A stretch of 64,000 bases of DNA from Acanthaster planci (Eukaryota): the NCBI RefSeq assembly GCF_001949145.1, contig NW_019091359.1, positions 3,326,431-3,390,430 of the forward strand. The letters run 5' to 3'. Of this stretch, positions 48,701 through 62,000 are shown piece after piece (within the stretch, counting starts at the first letter, position 1; each line of letters begins with the position of its first letter). The notes beneath the pieces were generated by a model that searched no databases, was not told where the DNA came from, and was given only the letters and a program-made list of their open reading frames with translations. The position numbers and the translations under genes are program-made.

Positions 48701-51700
48701 GACTGTACACAGCGAGTTAGCCATCCAGTAATTGTAATTTGACTCTCCAGTGGGTACCTCTCCTTCCCTGATCCACTTGAGCCTTCACAAGCCAATACTC
48801 CCATGTGACAATACTTGATATTCCACGGTCATTCTCAGCAGAAATTGTTTGTCTTTGGAGGAACCTCCAAAGCACAGATATTCAAAGTATTGCAACAATG
48901 CCTTTACAATCAAGAGCCACTTTCATATGGTATGGTGTCTGTGGCCTCAATTGAAGGCATGACTCGTTAGCTTGTAGACAAAGGTAACAGTTCCAATCGT
49001 TACGGTGTTGTCTTTTTCCCCATCTTTTCAGACCACCATGTTGCAGGGCTTAGAACGTTACATGAAGCAGGCAATTGTTGACAAGGTCCACAGTGTGTCT
49101 AGTGCAGCTCTTGCATCATCACTGGTAAGTTGGTAATCTGAACAATACCCATGTTATGATCACCCGACTTGATATTGACAAGGTAGATGATTGATTAATT
49201 GATTTCTTTCCAATTTCCTGACAGCACCTGTTGTCTCAGAGTCCTGATGTTGTCAAACGCTGGGTCAATGAGGCTCAAGAGGCTGCTACCAGTGACAATG
49301 TAATGGTCCAGTACCACGCCCTAGGACTGATCTATCATATCCGCAAGAATGACCGACTAGCTATCACTAAACTGGTTGGCAAGTACACTCGTGGAGGCCT
49401 CAAGTCTCCTTATGCTACTTGTATGTTGGTAAGTCCACGCCACATAAGGTACCAGATTTGGATCATTAATTCCCGTCTGCTTCCACATAATAGGATGCCA
49501 AAACACATGCCTGTTGTACGTGGATTTTTACCCCTTCTTGATTTATTTCCTCACTCAGATTCGGATTGCATCGAAGCTTTTGGAAGATGAGGATGCTGGG
49601 TAAGATGGTAACAGGGATAAAACTTAGATGTTGATGCTTTAAATGACCGTAATAACATCCCTTTTATGAGTAAATAACAATTGTTCAAAGCAGGTAAAAT
49701 AACCGAAGATTTGGTTGGATTTCAAAAACAGAGTGGCTACTACATTAAATAGTTTCATTTCCATATTTAAGAAAATTTAAGAAAGATCATTCTTGCTTGT
49801 GGCTTGTACTTCAATTGTACATTTATTTTTCCTTTTCAGGAATGACAGTCCATTGTTTGATTTCATCGAGGGTTGTCTGAGGCACAAAAGTGAGGTGAGT
49901 CAGATTTTTTTTTGACACCTCTGCAGTGACTGATGTATATTTGCTTTTTGAAGGTATTGTAGTGTGTTGAGGCCCTCAACAATCCTAGCACAAGGCACTG
50001 TAGTCGCTGGACCTTATTTTCAATTATGGGAACATTGTGCTAACCGTTAATAAAACCATCAATGACACTGTACTTTTGTCATTACTGGTCTCGCTACAGT
50101 AATCCCATGTGAATTGGTTTCTACCACCATTCCACGTATGATTTATTTCCCAAATAGATTTTCTGTTTTTGTCTTAAAACCCTGGATGGTAATATTCATC
50201 CCTGTGCATTATCCACAGATGGTGATCTATGAAGCAGCTCATGCCATTGTCAACATGAAGAACACTACAGCTAGGGAGTTAGCTCCAGCCGTCTCTGTCT
50301 TACAGCTGTTCCTGAGCTCTCCTAAACCTACTCTGAGATTTGCTGCCACGAAGACTCTCAACAGAGTGAGTATAGTGGTTCCATCCAGTTGATGTTTGGG
50401 CTGATGACTTTTTACTTGGCAGATTTGTTTTTCAAATCTGCCAAGTGCAATTGTGCTTAGCAACTAAATTTGTCAACTTGGCCCCTCATGTATTTCAATC
50501 CAGAAAAGAGATTCTAGTGTATCATCTTTTCCTGACATTTACCTCTTCATCACCCATTCTGGTATCCTTTCTCCACCCCTGCCTCCAACAGGTCGCTATG
50601 ACCCATCCAGCAGCTGTCACTGCCTGCAATCTGGACCTAGAAAACCTGATCACCGATGTCAACCGCAGCATTGCCACGTTGGCTATTACAACCTTACTCA
50701 AGACAGGCAGCGAAGGGAGTGTGGAGCGTCTGATGAAGCAGATAGCTACTTTCATGTCTGAGATCTCGGATGAGTTCAAGGTGGTGGTGGTACAAGCTGT
50801 CCGTTCCTTGTGTAGCAAGTTTCCTCGTAAGCATGGCGTCATGATGAGTTTCTTGTCCAACATGCTTCGTGAAGAGGTAATATGGCCACTAACTGTATCA
50901 CTGCTTGAAATCAGAACAACTGAAAACATTACTTTTCCCTAAAGTTTGTTTTTCTATTTCTTTTACTGGTAGATCTTTACATGGTTGTTATGCCACTTAG
51001 AAACATTCCAAACTGCTTTGTTTTGAACTTTTCAGTAAAAATGAAGTGACTCTGTTATTTAAAGAAACAGTGTCTCTTTGACTACCGTGGGTTTGTATGT
51101 CAAAAGCTGATATCCAGGAAAATTTAGAAGTCTTGATGAAAAAAGCTTGTTCTGTGAATTGAGAGTTGCTGAAATCCTAGGTCACAGGTTGCCTTAGGAG
51201 ATGTTTAACCTCACAGTTGGCATACTTCAATCAAATTGCAACATAGACTGCTATGGGAAGAAAGGGATTAAACAGCCAGGACTGGTTGTTATTAAATTCT
51301 CTTTCCAAACTAGGGTGGATTCGAGTACAAGCGAGCTATCGTTGACAGCATCATTGTCATCATTGAGGAGAACCCTGAAGCTAAGGAGGCAGGCTTGGCT
51401 CACCTGTGTGAGTTTATTGAGGATTGTGAGCATGTCTCCTTGGCAACCCGCATCTTGCATCTCCTAGGGAGAGAGGGACCACGCACCCAGAACCCATCCA
51501 AGTATATCCGCTTCATCTTCAATCGTGTTATCTTGGAGAGTGCAGCAATTAGAGCAGGTAAGTAGGCTAGTCTTATCACCCCAGCCCCTTCCTCCCCACT
51601 CCACACAAAGCTTTTTTTTTCCTGACTCACAGTTTGTTATGTTTTATGTTCTGTTGTGTTAATATGCTCTTTTAGGAAATGCAATTTTCAGGTAGACCAT

Positions 51701-54700
51701 TTTAAGGTCTGAAGCTTGCATCATGTTCTTATTTATGGCAATTTAAGTGTTTTTTTAAGAATAAATGTAAAGATAATTCTACTGAAATGTGTATTTACAT
51801 TTCTGGCAAGGAAACTGTCACTGAGATGAATTTGCATAATTCTATTGGAATGTGTATTACATTTCTGGCAAGGAAAACTGTCATTGAGATGAATTTGAAA
51901 TGACTCTAATATTTCTCTCTACTATGTCAGCTGCTGTGAGTTCATTGGCTAAGTTTGGTGCCCACTGTGAGTCTCTGCTCCCTAGTGTTATTGTTCTACT
52001 CAAGAGGTAAACTTCTCACCATCTCATTGCAGTTTTTGCTCTTTGTTTTCAATTGCTTGACATCATTGCAAAGGCTTTGCTTCTTTAAGATTTGATGTGT
52101 TTGATCTTGCCCTCTTTAGTGCACTGCACACATGAAGAAACCAAAGAGTTCATCTGCCCTGCTTTGGTCTAATGTGCTCCACAGTTTTTCTTATCAAGCA
52201 TGCTGTTTGTATAATATAGCCATGCAACAATGAAATTGTAAGATTTAAATTTGAAGGGCTTTTTCAAGGGCTTGGTTGTCAAGTTTCAGCTGTTTTTACG
52301 TTCTTTAAAGAGAGGATTTCTGGGCGGAAGGTCTCCTTGTTTTAGTTTGAGATTTCTAAAAAATATCGATGACAGCATTTATGACCACAAGCAAGCCCAC
52401 AGAGATGAAAGCCAAGATAAAAATCCTTGTCACTAAAGACTGTGTTTAATTCTTCAGATGCCTCCTTGATGGTGATGATGAGGTCAGAGATCGTGCCACC
52501 TACTACGTTCGTGTCTTGGAGCAACAACAGAAAGCCCTCAACTCGATGTATATCCTCAATGGTAACAATTGACATTTATTATTAATGATAACTGACCAAT
52601 TTACCTTTAAAAAAGTTCAACAAGCCAAACGTGTGGACCATTTTATTTATTGTGTTGAATTTTCTTGTGTGTCGTCGTTAGGACTATCTGTGTCTATTGT
52701 TGGCCTAGAGAGGGCGCTGCATCACTACACACTCAGCCCCTCAGAGACACCCTTTGACATGAAGACTGTTCCCTTGGAAACGCAGCCTATCACTGAGCAG
52801 AAGAAGCCAGGTAGGTCACTTGTTTGACCTGTTTTGACTAGATTACAAAAACAGTTGGAGCATAATACTTTTCTTTCATTATTCATTATTTTATTTTCAT
52901 TTGTCAATGCTAACTAGAGAAATTAGTAAAACCAAAATATTACTCAAGAAAAAGCCAGGTCATTAAATTTTCTTTATCTGTTTGCTTAAATGATCAGCAG
53001 TCAGTAAACTGTTGTTGATTACAGTCTATGTTGTTGTGTCTTTTTCCTAGATCTGTTGCCTTCTGCGAAGCCTGCAGACAAGCCAAGTGCTCCAGTCCAG
53101 GAGATATATGCAGGTAAGTTGAATGTGGAAGTTACAGATAGCTATCAGAGGTAGGAATTCCAGCCACAGATCACTGACTTTTAATCATACAAAGTTAATT
53201 GATTGTAGGGACCTCAGGTGGTCTTGGCATGGTTATTTGTCACACTCCTATAAGCTGCTGAGAACCTCCTGTTTGAATCTATGTTTGAAATGTTCCTGTT
53301 TTTGAAGCAATATGTTTGTTCTGCCTTGTGGAAATGTAAAACAAGTCTGTACAGCTGTGTGATTTACTGTAATACAAATAGCTCTGGAAAGAATTGGAAA
53401 GCAGGAAAGCAGAGATGAAATAAATTTGAGGCAACATGAGTTGCTGAAGTCTTCCAAGGATTACACAACTTGAGAATAATTCTATTAATCTTCCCATTAA
53501 ATATTGCATATTTTATTTACAGGTGACAAGGCATTAATCATAAAGCGTGTACAACATGCATGATGTAAGTAATTGCTTTTTATTCTCCATCACCAGAGCA
53601 ACTGGCTGCCATTCCTGAGTTTGCCTCTCTGGGTCCTCTTTTCAAGTCCTCCAAGCCGGTAGAGTTGACCGAGTCTGAGACTGAGTACATGGTGCGATGT
53701 ATCAAGCACACCTTTGCTAATAACATCGTGTTCCAGGTTGGTTTTTCTGTATTGGCCATCCAGAAGTGTGAGATTCAGAATGATGGAGATTTAAAATAGG
53801 CAAAGTGAATAAGAGGAGACACTTGGAAGCAAAAGACAGGAAATAGTGCGGAATCACGCTGGAATTTTTATTTAGTTGCCGACTGATGATGTGTGTAATA
53901 CTTGTAGAGAATCAGGACATATGGCAAAAATCGGAAGGATTGTATACATGTCAGTATGGATTTTCTTGAGGTGTTTGGTTTTGAGGGGTGGTTGGTTGAT
54001 TTGATAATATTAAGAACATGATTCATTGTCTTTAGGAGGATACCAGCCCATTGAGGAACAACTTGTGAGTTGTACTCAGACCTTTTGAGGGAGGTTAGAA
54101 TTTGGAGACATTACCATGGTACTTTTCTTCTCACAGAAAATGACTGGTCAACAGATGTATCACTGCGTTGCATGCATTAACCCTAACCCCCAAGGGTGTA
54201 TGTTAAATCGTATTGAAATTGGAGGATTTGGAACTGTTAGGGTTAAGCAGACTTACTCTTGAGATATTTTGGTGTTATTGTTTAGCATTACACTCTGGAG
54301 GAAGACATTTCAAGCAATGTGGACTGCTTGAGATTTACACCTAGAGTGTATATCTCCAGCTTGATAAGAATTATTGAGATTGACTCTCCTGATTTTAGCA
54401 GTTCTGACGACTCCTTTGATTGACATCTTTATACCTACAGTTTGACTGCACGAACACCTTAAATGATCAACTTTTGGAGAATGTGACTGTCCAGATGGAT
54501 TCCAGCGATGGGTTTGAGACAGTTTGCCATGTTCCTGCGGCTAGCCTCAAGTACAATCAGCCAGGTGTGACCTATACCTGTGTCTCCATGCCAGAAGATG
54601 CTACTAGTGGTAAGAATCAAGTGTCTGGCAATAACCTCGACCCTCCTTAATATAATTAATTGGAACAGGTGCACAGGTCCATGGGACCTTGTTGTGTTAG

Positions 54701-56649
54701 GTAGCTAACAGCAGCTTACTGCTAATTCTTAGACAATAGGAACTTGTCTTGTAAACAGTTCTGTGGTGGGCGGAAAGCTGAAACTCTGAGGTCATTTGGC
54801 ATTTTGGATAGTTGACCTGTAGGTTTGTAATACACTACTCCGACATCATGCAACCGTTATAGTCAAAACACTCTGGGAATAATGGAGAATACTCAGTTGT
54901 AGAGTTGTCGTAGTAGCAAAGGTAGGATCCCCTCGTATTGAAGAGTTGCTTTGTACACTTCCTCCACTGATAACGGAAAGAAAATGCCTTCTCCTTCTTA
55001 ATCTTGTAGTCACAGGAACATTCACCAATACCCTCAAGTTCCTTGTGAAGGACTGTGATCCCAACACCGGCGAGCCTGATGATGATGGTTACGAGGATGA
55101 GTATGTGGTAAGTTGACTGGGTTTCATGCCTCCCACTCCTCTTGGGCTTGCTCCTCCCCCTAGCTGACCTTGCTGCCATCTTGTTGGACCAGCTCTTGTT
55201 TAGGTAGCCCTTTCCATAACATGCAAGAATTTGGCCGAAGTTTTCTTAGAATCTTTTGTACCAATGCCCCATTAGTCTCCAAATCTGATCAATTTTAACA
55301 CAGGTGAGACTTGAACTCTTGACTGCTTTAAAGTGTCAGGTGGAGATTTCCGAGTGTTTTTCAGAATGATTCTCCTGATGTGGAAAATTTGAAAGCAGAC
55401 TTCATAAATGGACTACAAACAGAGCTGCTTATTGTATTATTCAAAACAGTTTTAGTAGTTTTTGTTTATGCTCAGTGCTTTTTGAAGAGCTTTGGCATTG
55501 GCTGACCCCATGCCATGTAGTTATNNNNNNNNNNNNNNNNNNNNNNNNNNNNNNNNNNNNNNNNNNNNNNNNNNNNNNNNNNNNNNNNNNNNNNNNNNNN
55601 NNNNNNNNNNNNNNNNNNNNNNNNNNNNNNNNNNNNNNNNNNNNNNNNNNNNNNNNNNNNNNNNNNNNNNNNNNNNNNNNNNNNNNNNNNNNNNNNNNNN
55701 NNNNNNNNNNNNNNNNNNNNNNNNNNNNNNNNNNNNNNNNNNNNNNNNNNNNNNNNNNNNNNNNNNNNNNNNNNNNNNNNNNNNNNNNNNNNNNNNNNNN
55801 NNNNNNNNNNNNNNNNNNNNNNNNNNNNNNNNNNNNNNNNNNNNNNNNNNNNNNNNNNNNNNNNNNNNNNNNNNNNNNNNNNNNNNNNNNNNNNNNNNNN
55901 NNNNNNNNNNNNNNNNNNNNNNNNNNNNNNNNNNNNNNNNNNNNNNNNNNNNNNNNNNNNNNNNNNNNNNNNNNNNNNNNNNNNNNNNNNNNNNNNNNNN
56001 NNNNNNNNNNNNNNNNNNNNNNNNNNNNNNNNNNNNNNNNNNNNNNNNNNNNNNNNNNNNNNNNNNNNNNNNNNNNNNNNNNNNNNNNNNNNNNNNNNNN
56101 NNNNNNNNNNNNNNNNNNNNNNNNNNNNNNNNNNNNNNNNNNNNNNNNNNNNNNNNNNNNNNNNNNNNNNNNNNNNNNNNNNNNNNNNNNNNNNNNNNNN
56201 NNNNNNNNNNNNNNNNNNNNNNNNNCATATTTCCATTTGGAGTTTATGGGACGTTATGGGCAATGGAACATAATGTGTTTTAAATGTTGATCCTGTTTAT
56301 ATTAGTCAGATACTTTGGAAAGGTTGTGCATTTGGCAAATTACAGAGAATCAAGGACATGTTGGAACTTTGCACATTTGTGACAATTTTTGATTGGTTTG
56401 GTTTGGTTTGTTTCTGCAGAGGCAGTGACTAACATCATTGGATTCCTAGGTATGCAACCTTGTGAGCGCTCTGACAAAGTCACTGAGGGTAAGAGTTCTC
56501 ACACCCTTTGTCTAGCTGGGGTGTTCCGTGGAGGTCACGATGCCTTGGTGAGAGCAAAGCTGGTACTCCAAGACACTGTTACCATGCAGATTACTGTGCG
56601 GAGCACCGATCCAGTAATCAGTGAGATCATCTCTTGCGCAGTGGGTTAA
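42721..56649 (+). CDS. COPG: Coatomer subunit gamma (gamma-COP), ~870 aa; one exon missing in an assembly gap
   Basis: Exons 42721-42760, 46007-46059, 46488-46568, 46883-46954, 47259-47414, 49032-49124, 49225-49428, 49559-49599, 49840-49894, 50219-50365, 50592-50876, 51314-51557, 51931-52006, 52458-52561, 52682-52810, 53051-53113, 53597-53736, 54441-54609, 55010-55107, [gap], 56420-56649. Motifs [80 protein letters not shown]. Confidence 0.97.
47401..48505 (+). repeat. ~61-bp minisatellite starting at the COPG exon-5 donor and spanning N gap 47606-48344
   Basis: Unit GCAAGATCACTGATGT(A/G)AGTTGGTAC...TAGAGTGCTAACTCA visible on both sides of the gap (at least 7 starts). Confidence 0.9.
51785..51907 (+). 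repeat. ~63-bp tandem duplication in a COPG intron
   Basis: AATGTGTATT(T)ACATTTCTGGCAAGGAAACTGTCA(C/T)TGAGATGAATTTG twice. Confidence 0.85.
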
Positions 56650-58284
56650 AGGTCAGAGGTCGTCTTGTTGCTTTGAGCTGTTTGATCAGCTGACACATTG
56701 TACTCCTTATGTTAACAGTGTATGGATTTAAACTTATGAATAGTCATTAGGCATCCAGTCAATGTTTGAAAGGGTTAACCAATCTTGAATATTCAGTGAA
56801 TTTCTAGTGGATATTCAAAGCAGATGAAACTTACTGTTTAGATAATAAGTTCTGACTCTGTCTTTTCCTTTGAAAAACTACTATTTAAGGTATTATTGCC
56901 AAATTCAATTGGCAGTTTGGAGAATCTCTGACAAAACGGTCAAAAACTATGTTCACTTATTCATTCACATGGATTAAAAAGTAGTATCACAAGGGTATCC
57001 CATCAAAATGTAAAATATTGAATCTATTTGACCAACTGAATGAATCGTATCAATGCCTTAAATCATCGTCACATTGCTTGGCTTTCATGGGTTTTCTGTA
57101 TGCATATAATCTCTTCCCGCTGTGGTTGTGTCAAATTGTCAAGGCAGCAACTTATATTAGGCCCAGTATCTACCTTTCAATTAAATCAACATTCCCTTCC
57201 CATTTTGAGAAAAAAAATTATTCAGCAGGGGATGACAGATTTATAGTTAGGCACAATATGCTTTGCATTTATTTAGTGCAAGTCGTATCTTGCATTACTC
57301 CCAATTCTGGAAGATTTTGTTGTGGTTTGAAAAGGACACAGCTCCAAATGTTCACCAGACAGAGTAACGGGTGGTCGTGTACAAAAAATTAAACCAATTG
57401 GAAATGAAGAGTTCAAGGAGTTTGGGATTCTGAAATCAGATCCCCTTTGAGTTCTGAAAATAATATCAGCTGTATTATGCATTTTCCCTGTTTAAGCATG
57501 ACAGTAAATTCTACCAACAAATGTAAGATCCAATGCTTACAGGTAAACTAACAAGCGCTTTAGTAGATATTGGTGTAAAGCCAGTAATCAGTGTATGTCA
57601 AATTTAAGCTTGAGTAACCAATAAATTTGAATTATGCTGAGATTCTGGTGTGAATTTGAAAGCTTATTCTTTGAGTTCATCATCACAAATATTGCACATG
57701 TACAGTGTTAGCAAAAAGCACATTTTTTCCTGTTCAAAAATTATATGGGATGAACAGATTTGTCATCAGTGCATAATGTCAACATAAAGGATCCCTAGAA
57801 ATAGGGGCAGTCAGATTGACATTGACTTCTGTGTCTGAGGTTTGACTCCCTGCTTGATTCACAGTGTGGATTGGCTTGGGTTTTCAGTCCCTATCTAATG
57901 ATACAGGTTTTACCCACAATATTCTTAACTGAGGTTTTCATCCCACTGCTCACTGTCTCAACAGGTTTCTTCAGGCTTACAAGCTTCAGTGCCTTGGCCA
58001 CTTTTGAGGATTCCTTGGTTTCATTACCAGAAATGCTTAATTCAAGAAAGACAAAATGGGTTTTTCTACTTGGTGCGTCACATAGAGCGGTCATGAGGTC
58101 AACTCATTTCAGACATTCTACAAATGGTACAGGTTACCACTTTTGAAATTTGCTGTGTGATAAATGATGAAGCCGACTGGAATTCTGCCACAGGACTAAC
58201 AACAGTCCTCAACTTGGCCAAGACATGGCCAAATGATCCATAAAATTGTTTTCACATCAAATTTCAAGGTGGCTACTACATCTA

Positions 58285-58582
58285 TAGGTGGAAAGGCTTA
58301 CGGTAGCGCCATGCGAAGGAATGTAACTCTTATGAGTATGTGTGGTTCTGAAAAGAAACGGGAGTATACTCCACGTTTCAGACTGCGTGCTCAGTCCGTC
58401 GTCCGTCAGCATCTCTTCAGTCTCCTGACGACGGACTGAGCACGCAGTCTGAAATGTTGAGTATACTCCCGTTTCTTTTCAGAACCACACATGCTCATAA
58501 GAGATACATTCCTTCGCATGGTGCTACCGTAAGCCTTTCCACCTAGTGCTGTCTTCCACCATGAATAGCCTGAACTTAAATC
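58285..58582. mobile_element. Penelope-like inverted pLTR pair (fold-back) with 12-bp flanking direct repeat
   Basis: Arms 58285-58403 and 58427-58545 (119 bp, 5 mismatches by eye), a 37-bp tail, and CTACTACATCTA at 58273-58284 and 58583-58594; hammerhead cores at the centre. Confidence 0.75.
58421..58462 (+). ncRNA. Minimal type I hammerhead ribozyme-like motif (possibly decayed)
   Basis: CTC-CTGACGA-C-[GGACTG AGCACG CAGTCT]-GAAA-TGTT-GAG. The opposite arm carries GAAACGTGGAG with the same stem II on the minus strand. Confidence 0.65.
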
Positions 58583-59065
58583 CTACTACATCTACTACAC
58601 AAAGTGATGTTCATGTCTGCAGACTATACTTGGCACTTCTTAGGCAAAGAGTATTATTCCCAGAACACAGCCACTGCCTGACATTGCATTGTCATGGCCT
58701 GACCAGTTTCATCACAACCTAAGATTACGCATGATAGAGTACATAAAGTGAAAATCTGGCATTACTCAGCTGGTACACTCATGTTTAACCTTACCAACGG
58801 ATACATGTACACCACACAATTTTTGCAGGCTTGGGCCAAAAGAGAGATTCACTGGCCAATTTCTGCCGCTTAATACATTTTTACCAAGCATCTGAGAAAT
58901 GTTCACAGTATACAGGAAAGGTACTCTCATTACAAATGGAACGTTTTGTTCCAACACGGCAGTTCTTAAGAGCAAATTATGAAGAGCAAATTACTTGAGA
59001 TCCAAGACACCTGTAGATAACTGGAACACATCTCCATCATTCCTACTTCAGTGACAGTCTTACTG

Positions 59066-62000
59066 TCATACACACATTTCATGTTTCCGTGTGGTACTTC
59101 GTTGCCTCAGTCTGGTGCTAATCAGGTATCCTTTCAGTGATGCTATACAGCCTAGAAGAGACAGGGTGATGATCAAGTACAACATACCAGACCAACCGTA
59201 GTACTCAGTAATTGCCCCTACCATAGGCCCTTGAAGGACGGTACCCAGACTCCCAAAACCTGCATACCATAAAAAATTAAGACAGAAAACCTTTCAAAAA
59301 GAAACTGCAAACATCAGTCAGGACATCTAAACAAGAATTGGATGTCTGCGTGCTGTTTTATGCTCTTCCTAGTATATCTAACACCATTCATATTGTGCAC
59401 AATATTAATCAGATTATTACTAATTGCTATAAGTAATTCCAGATTTGGTTTAAAATTTTTCTTTGTAGAAATATGGCAATATCCAGATTGCTTGTCCATG
59501 GCTTGAAAGGACACATTTCTGTATGGGAAATGTATAATGGCACTTGCTGGGAGGCTTTCATAGGCCTGCATGTTCTTTCTAGACATAGCCAAGTATCTAG
59601 ACATAGCGTATTCACTTAATAGTTGACCAAAGTGGCTTACCATCTCAACAGAAATGTAACAAGCAATTGTTGCAACTAGAATAGTAAAAGCTTACTAACC
59701 ATTTACAAATCCTGAGACGGATGCTTGAATCCTTCGACCATCCATTTCCCCGATCTCTGAGGGTACAGATCCACTTAGGATGGGGTCTACGCCACAGTTG
59801 AAGGCCCCAGCTATCAGCATGAGAGTGACATTGAAGACTGCTCCCCAGGAGGCTGTGAGAAGAAAACAAACTAAGCTGAGGGTGGAAGCAAGGATGGCTA
59901 GACCGCTGCCAAGTAGCAACTGTCCCCTCAACAACCTGGAAAGAGAGAGTAAGAAAAGGTGCAAAAACTACTCCCAATTCTGAGATCAAAGTGTCCAATT
60001 TGTTTCAAGTAACTTAACATTATACTTGAGCTGGTTTTCCTCAAAGAGAAGTTTTTTATTCATAGCCCTATAAAAGTATTTTCTTTTCTTTGCAAGAGGT
60101 TAATAGGGTTCACAACTTCATCAAGACTAACAGCTTCTGAACATGAACACATCCTGGCACTTAGGCATCCATGCTTACTGGATTAGCAAAGAAATTCTGA
60201 GCGAAATTCTAAGAACGCAAAATGCTCATCATAAATATCTTAGCTTAGAACTTGGTCAATAGAGCCATAAAAATTGTCCTGCATGGTTAGCATCACCTTT
60301 TTGCAATGACACCGTAGTGTCGCGAAAATGGACAAGGATTTGAAGAACAACATGACTTTTCACTGCACTCTTTCCAGTAAGTTGTTATGTGCATGAACCA
60401 ATTAATCTGCAGTTACTGCTAGACAGCCAGGGGGTACACAAAAGTTCTCACAACTTCTTACCTTTGAATTAAGCAACCCAATGATGCACTGCCTATAACT
60501 CCTCCAATCTCAAAACTTGTAGGGAGCATGCCCGATTCTGTCTTCCCATAATGCAACTACATGTAGAGTAGAAACAGTCATTTATATCTTGCAAAAGGCA
60601 TTTAAATGGTTTGTTTTTGAAAACAGATTCACTTTTTCATACTTTTCACAGTAGGATTAGTAAGGACACAAAGGACTAACTACATAAGGGAAACATCTAT
60701 TGGTACAAAAGTAGGATGGTTGTGTCTATTCCTTTGGCTCTTAATATTTTAAAGAGGGGATTGACCATTCATCATCCCCTTAATTAGCTCAAACTTGTAA
60801 AATACCAAAACACCAGACTGTCCAAATTACTATGGCAAACACTTCAGTTACTACCACTATTTAATCAAATCAATACCGAACCCTGATAACTTTTCTACGA
60901 TTATCATTTTTTTCAGCCAACAAACCAACTGAATTTGACAGCTGCTCACTGGCAACAAAACAAGTGTTTGCAATTTTCAACTTCTAGGCTTTCAAGTGTT
61001 GCTCCTATACATGTACATATTTTTTTGGAAAAAAACGCGTATGTTGACCTGTTGATGTAGATACATAGGCAGCCACATGAACACGCAGTATCGTACAATC
61101 TTAACACAAAACATTGACACTGCTACTTCTTTCAGCATTCTGCATTTAAACAAAAGAAGATTAAATTTCAAACACAGTACAAGGTAACTTTGCATTGTAA
61201 ATATGTCATTGTTAATGAATCAAGTAATAAACAATATGTTGACCATAAACACTAGAAATTGTAAGGCCAAACATGTCAGACCCGTCCTTCTTCTATTTGT
61301 GCCACTCTTAAGTAGATATTTGGTCACAATATTTCAGTTGGTGGAAGTTATCAGTACCGACTGCATGACATGAAATGAACAAATTATGATACAGCCATTC
61401 TAACTAGTGAAAACTGACAAGAAATACATACATGTTTTCACAGCTGACCCAACCCAGCCACACACCTCTTAAAACACCCCCATGACCCCTACTATCTGAC
61501 ACATGCAGTCTACGTATTTTATGCCAGTTGAGGGCGTACTAGGTCATGGGTTAAGGGGCATTTTAGACAAGAGGAAAACCCTACCAAACCTACAAATAGG
61601 AAGCATTGTTCAAAAATAATAATTGAATGAGTCTAACAGCTCATCAGCCTAAGTCTGCTGAAGTTGTTGCTTATGAATTCAGAGGACAGTTGTAGTGAGC
61701 AGAAAGAAACTGGCTAAAGAAACGACAGACCAAGAAATCATCCAGATTTTGCCAGTTAGTCTCAAACCAAGTCTGGTTCCTAATTATGATCAATTGACTG
61801 ATTTCTGATGAAGAATTTGGGTTGACTTACGGTAAGTTCCACAGACTAACAAAGCTAGGTGTTGCAAGGGCTGGTTTTTCTGAAGTTGAAGACTCTAAAT
61901 CTAAGAAGTAAATGAAAAACAAAATTAATTTAAAAAAAAAACCAATTATATTAGAAAAACCATGAAATTTTAAAAGACAATGCATATTAAAAGTCCATCA

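Noticed and set aside
50522..50929. Antisense ORFs over COPG, NFYB and CRT-like exons
   Set aside because: Reverse-strand shadows of real exons.
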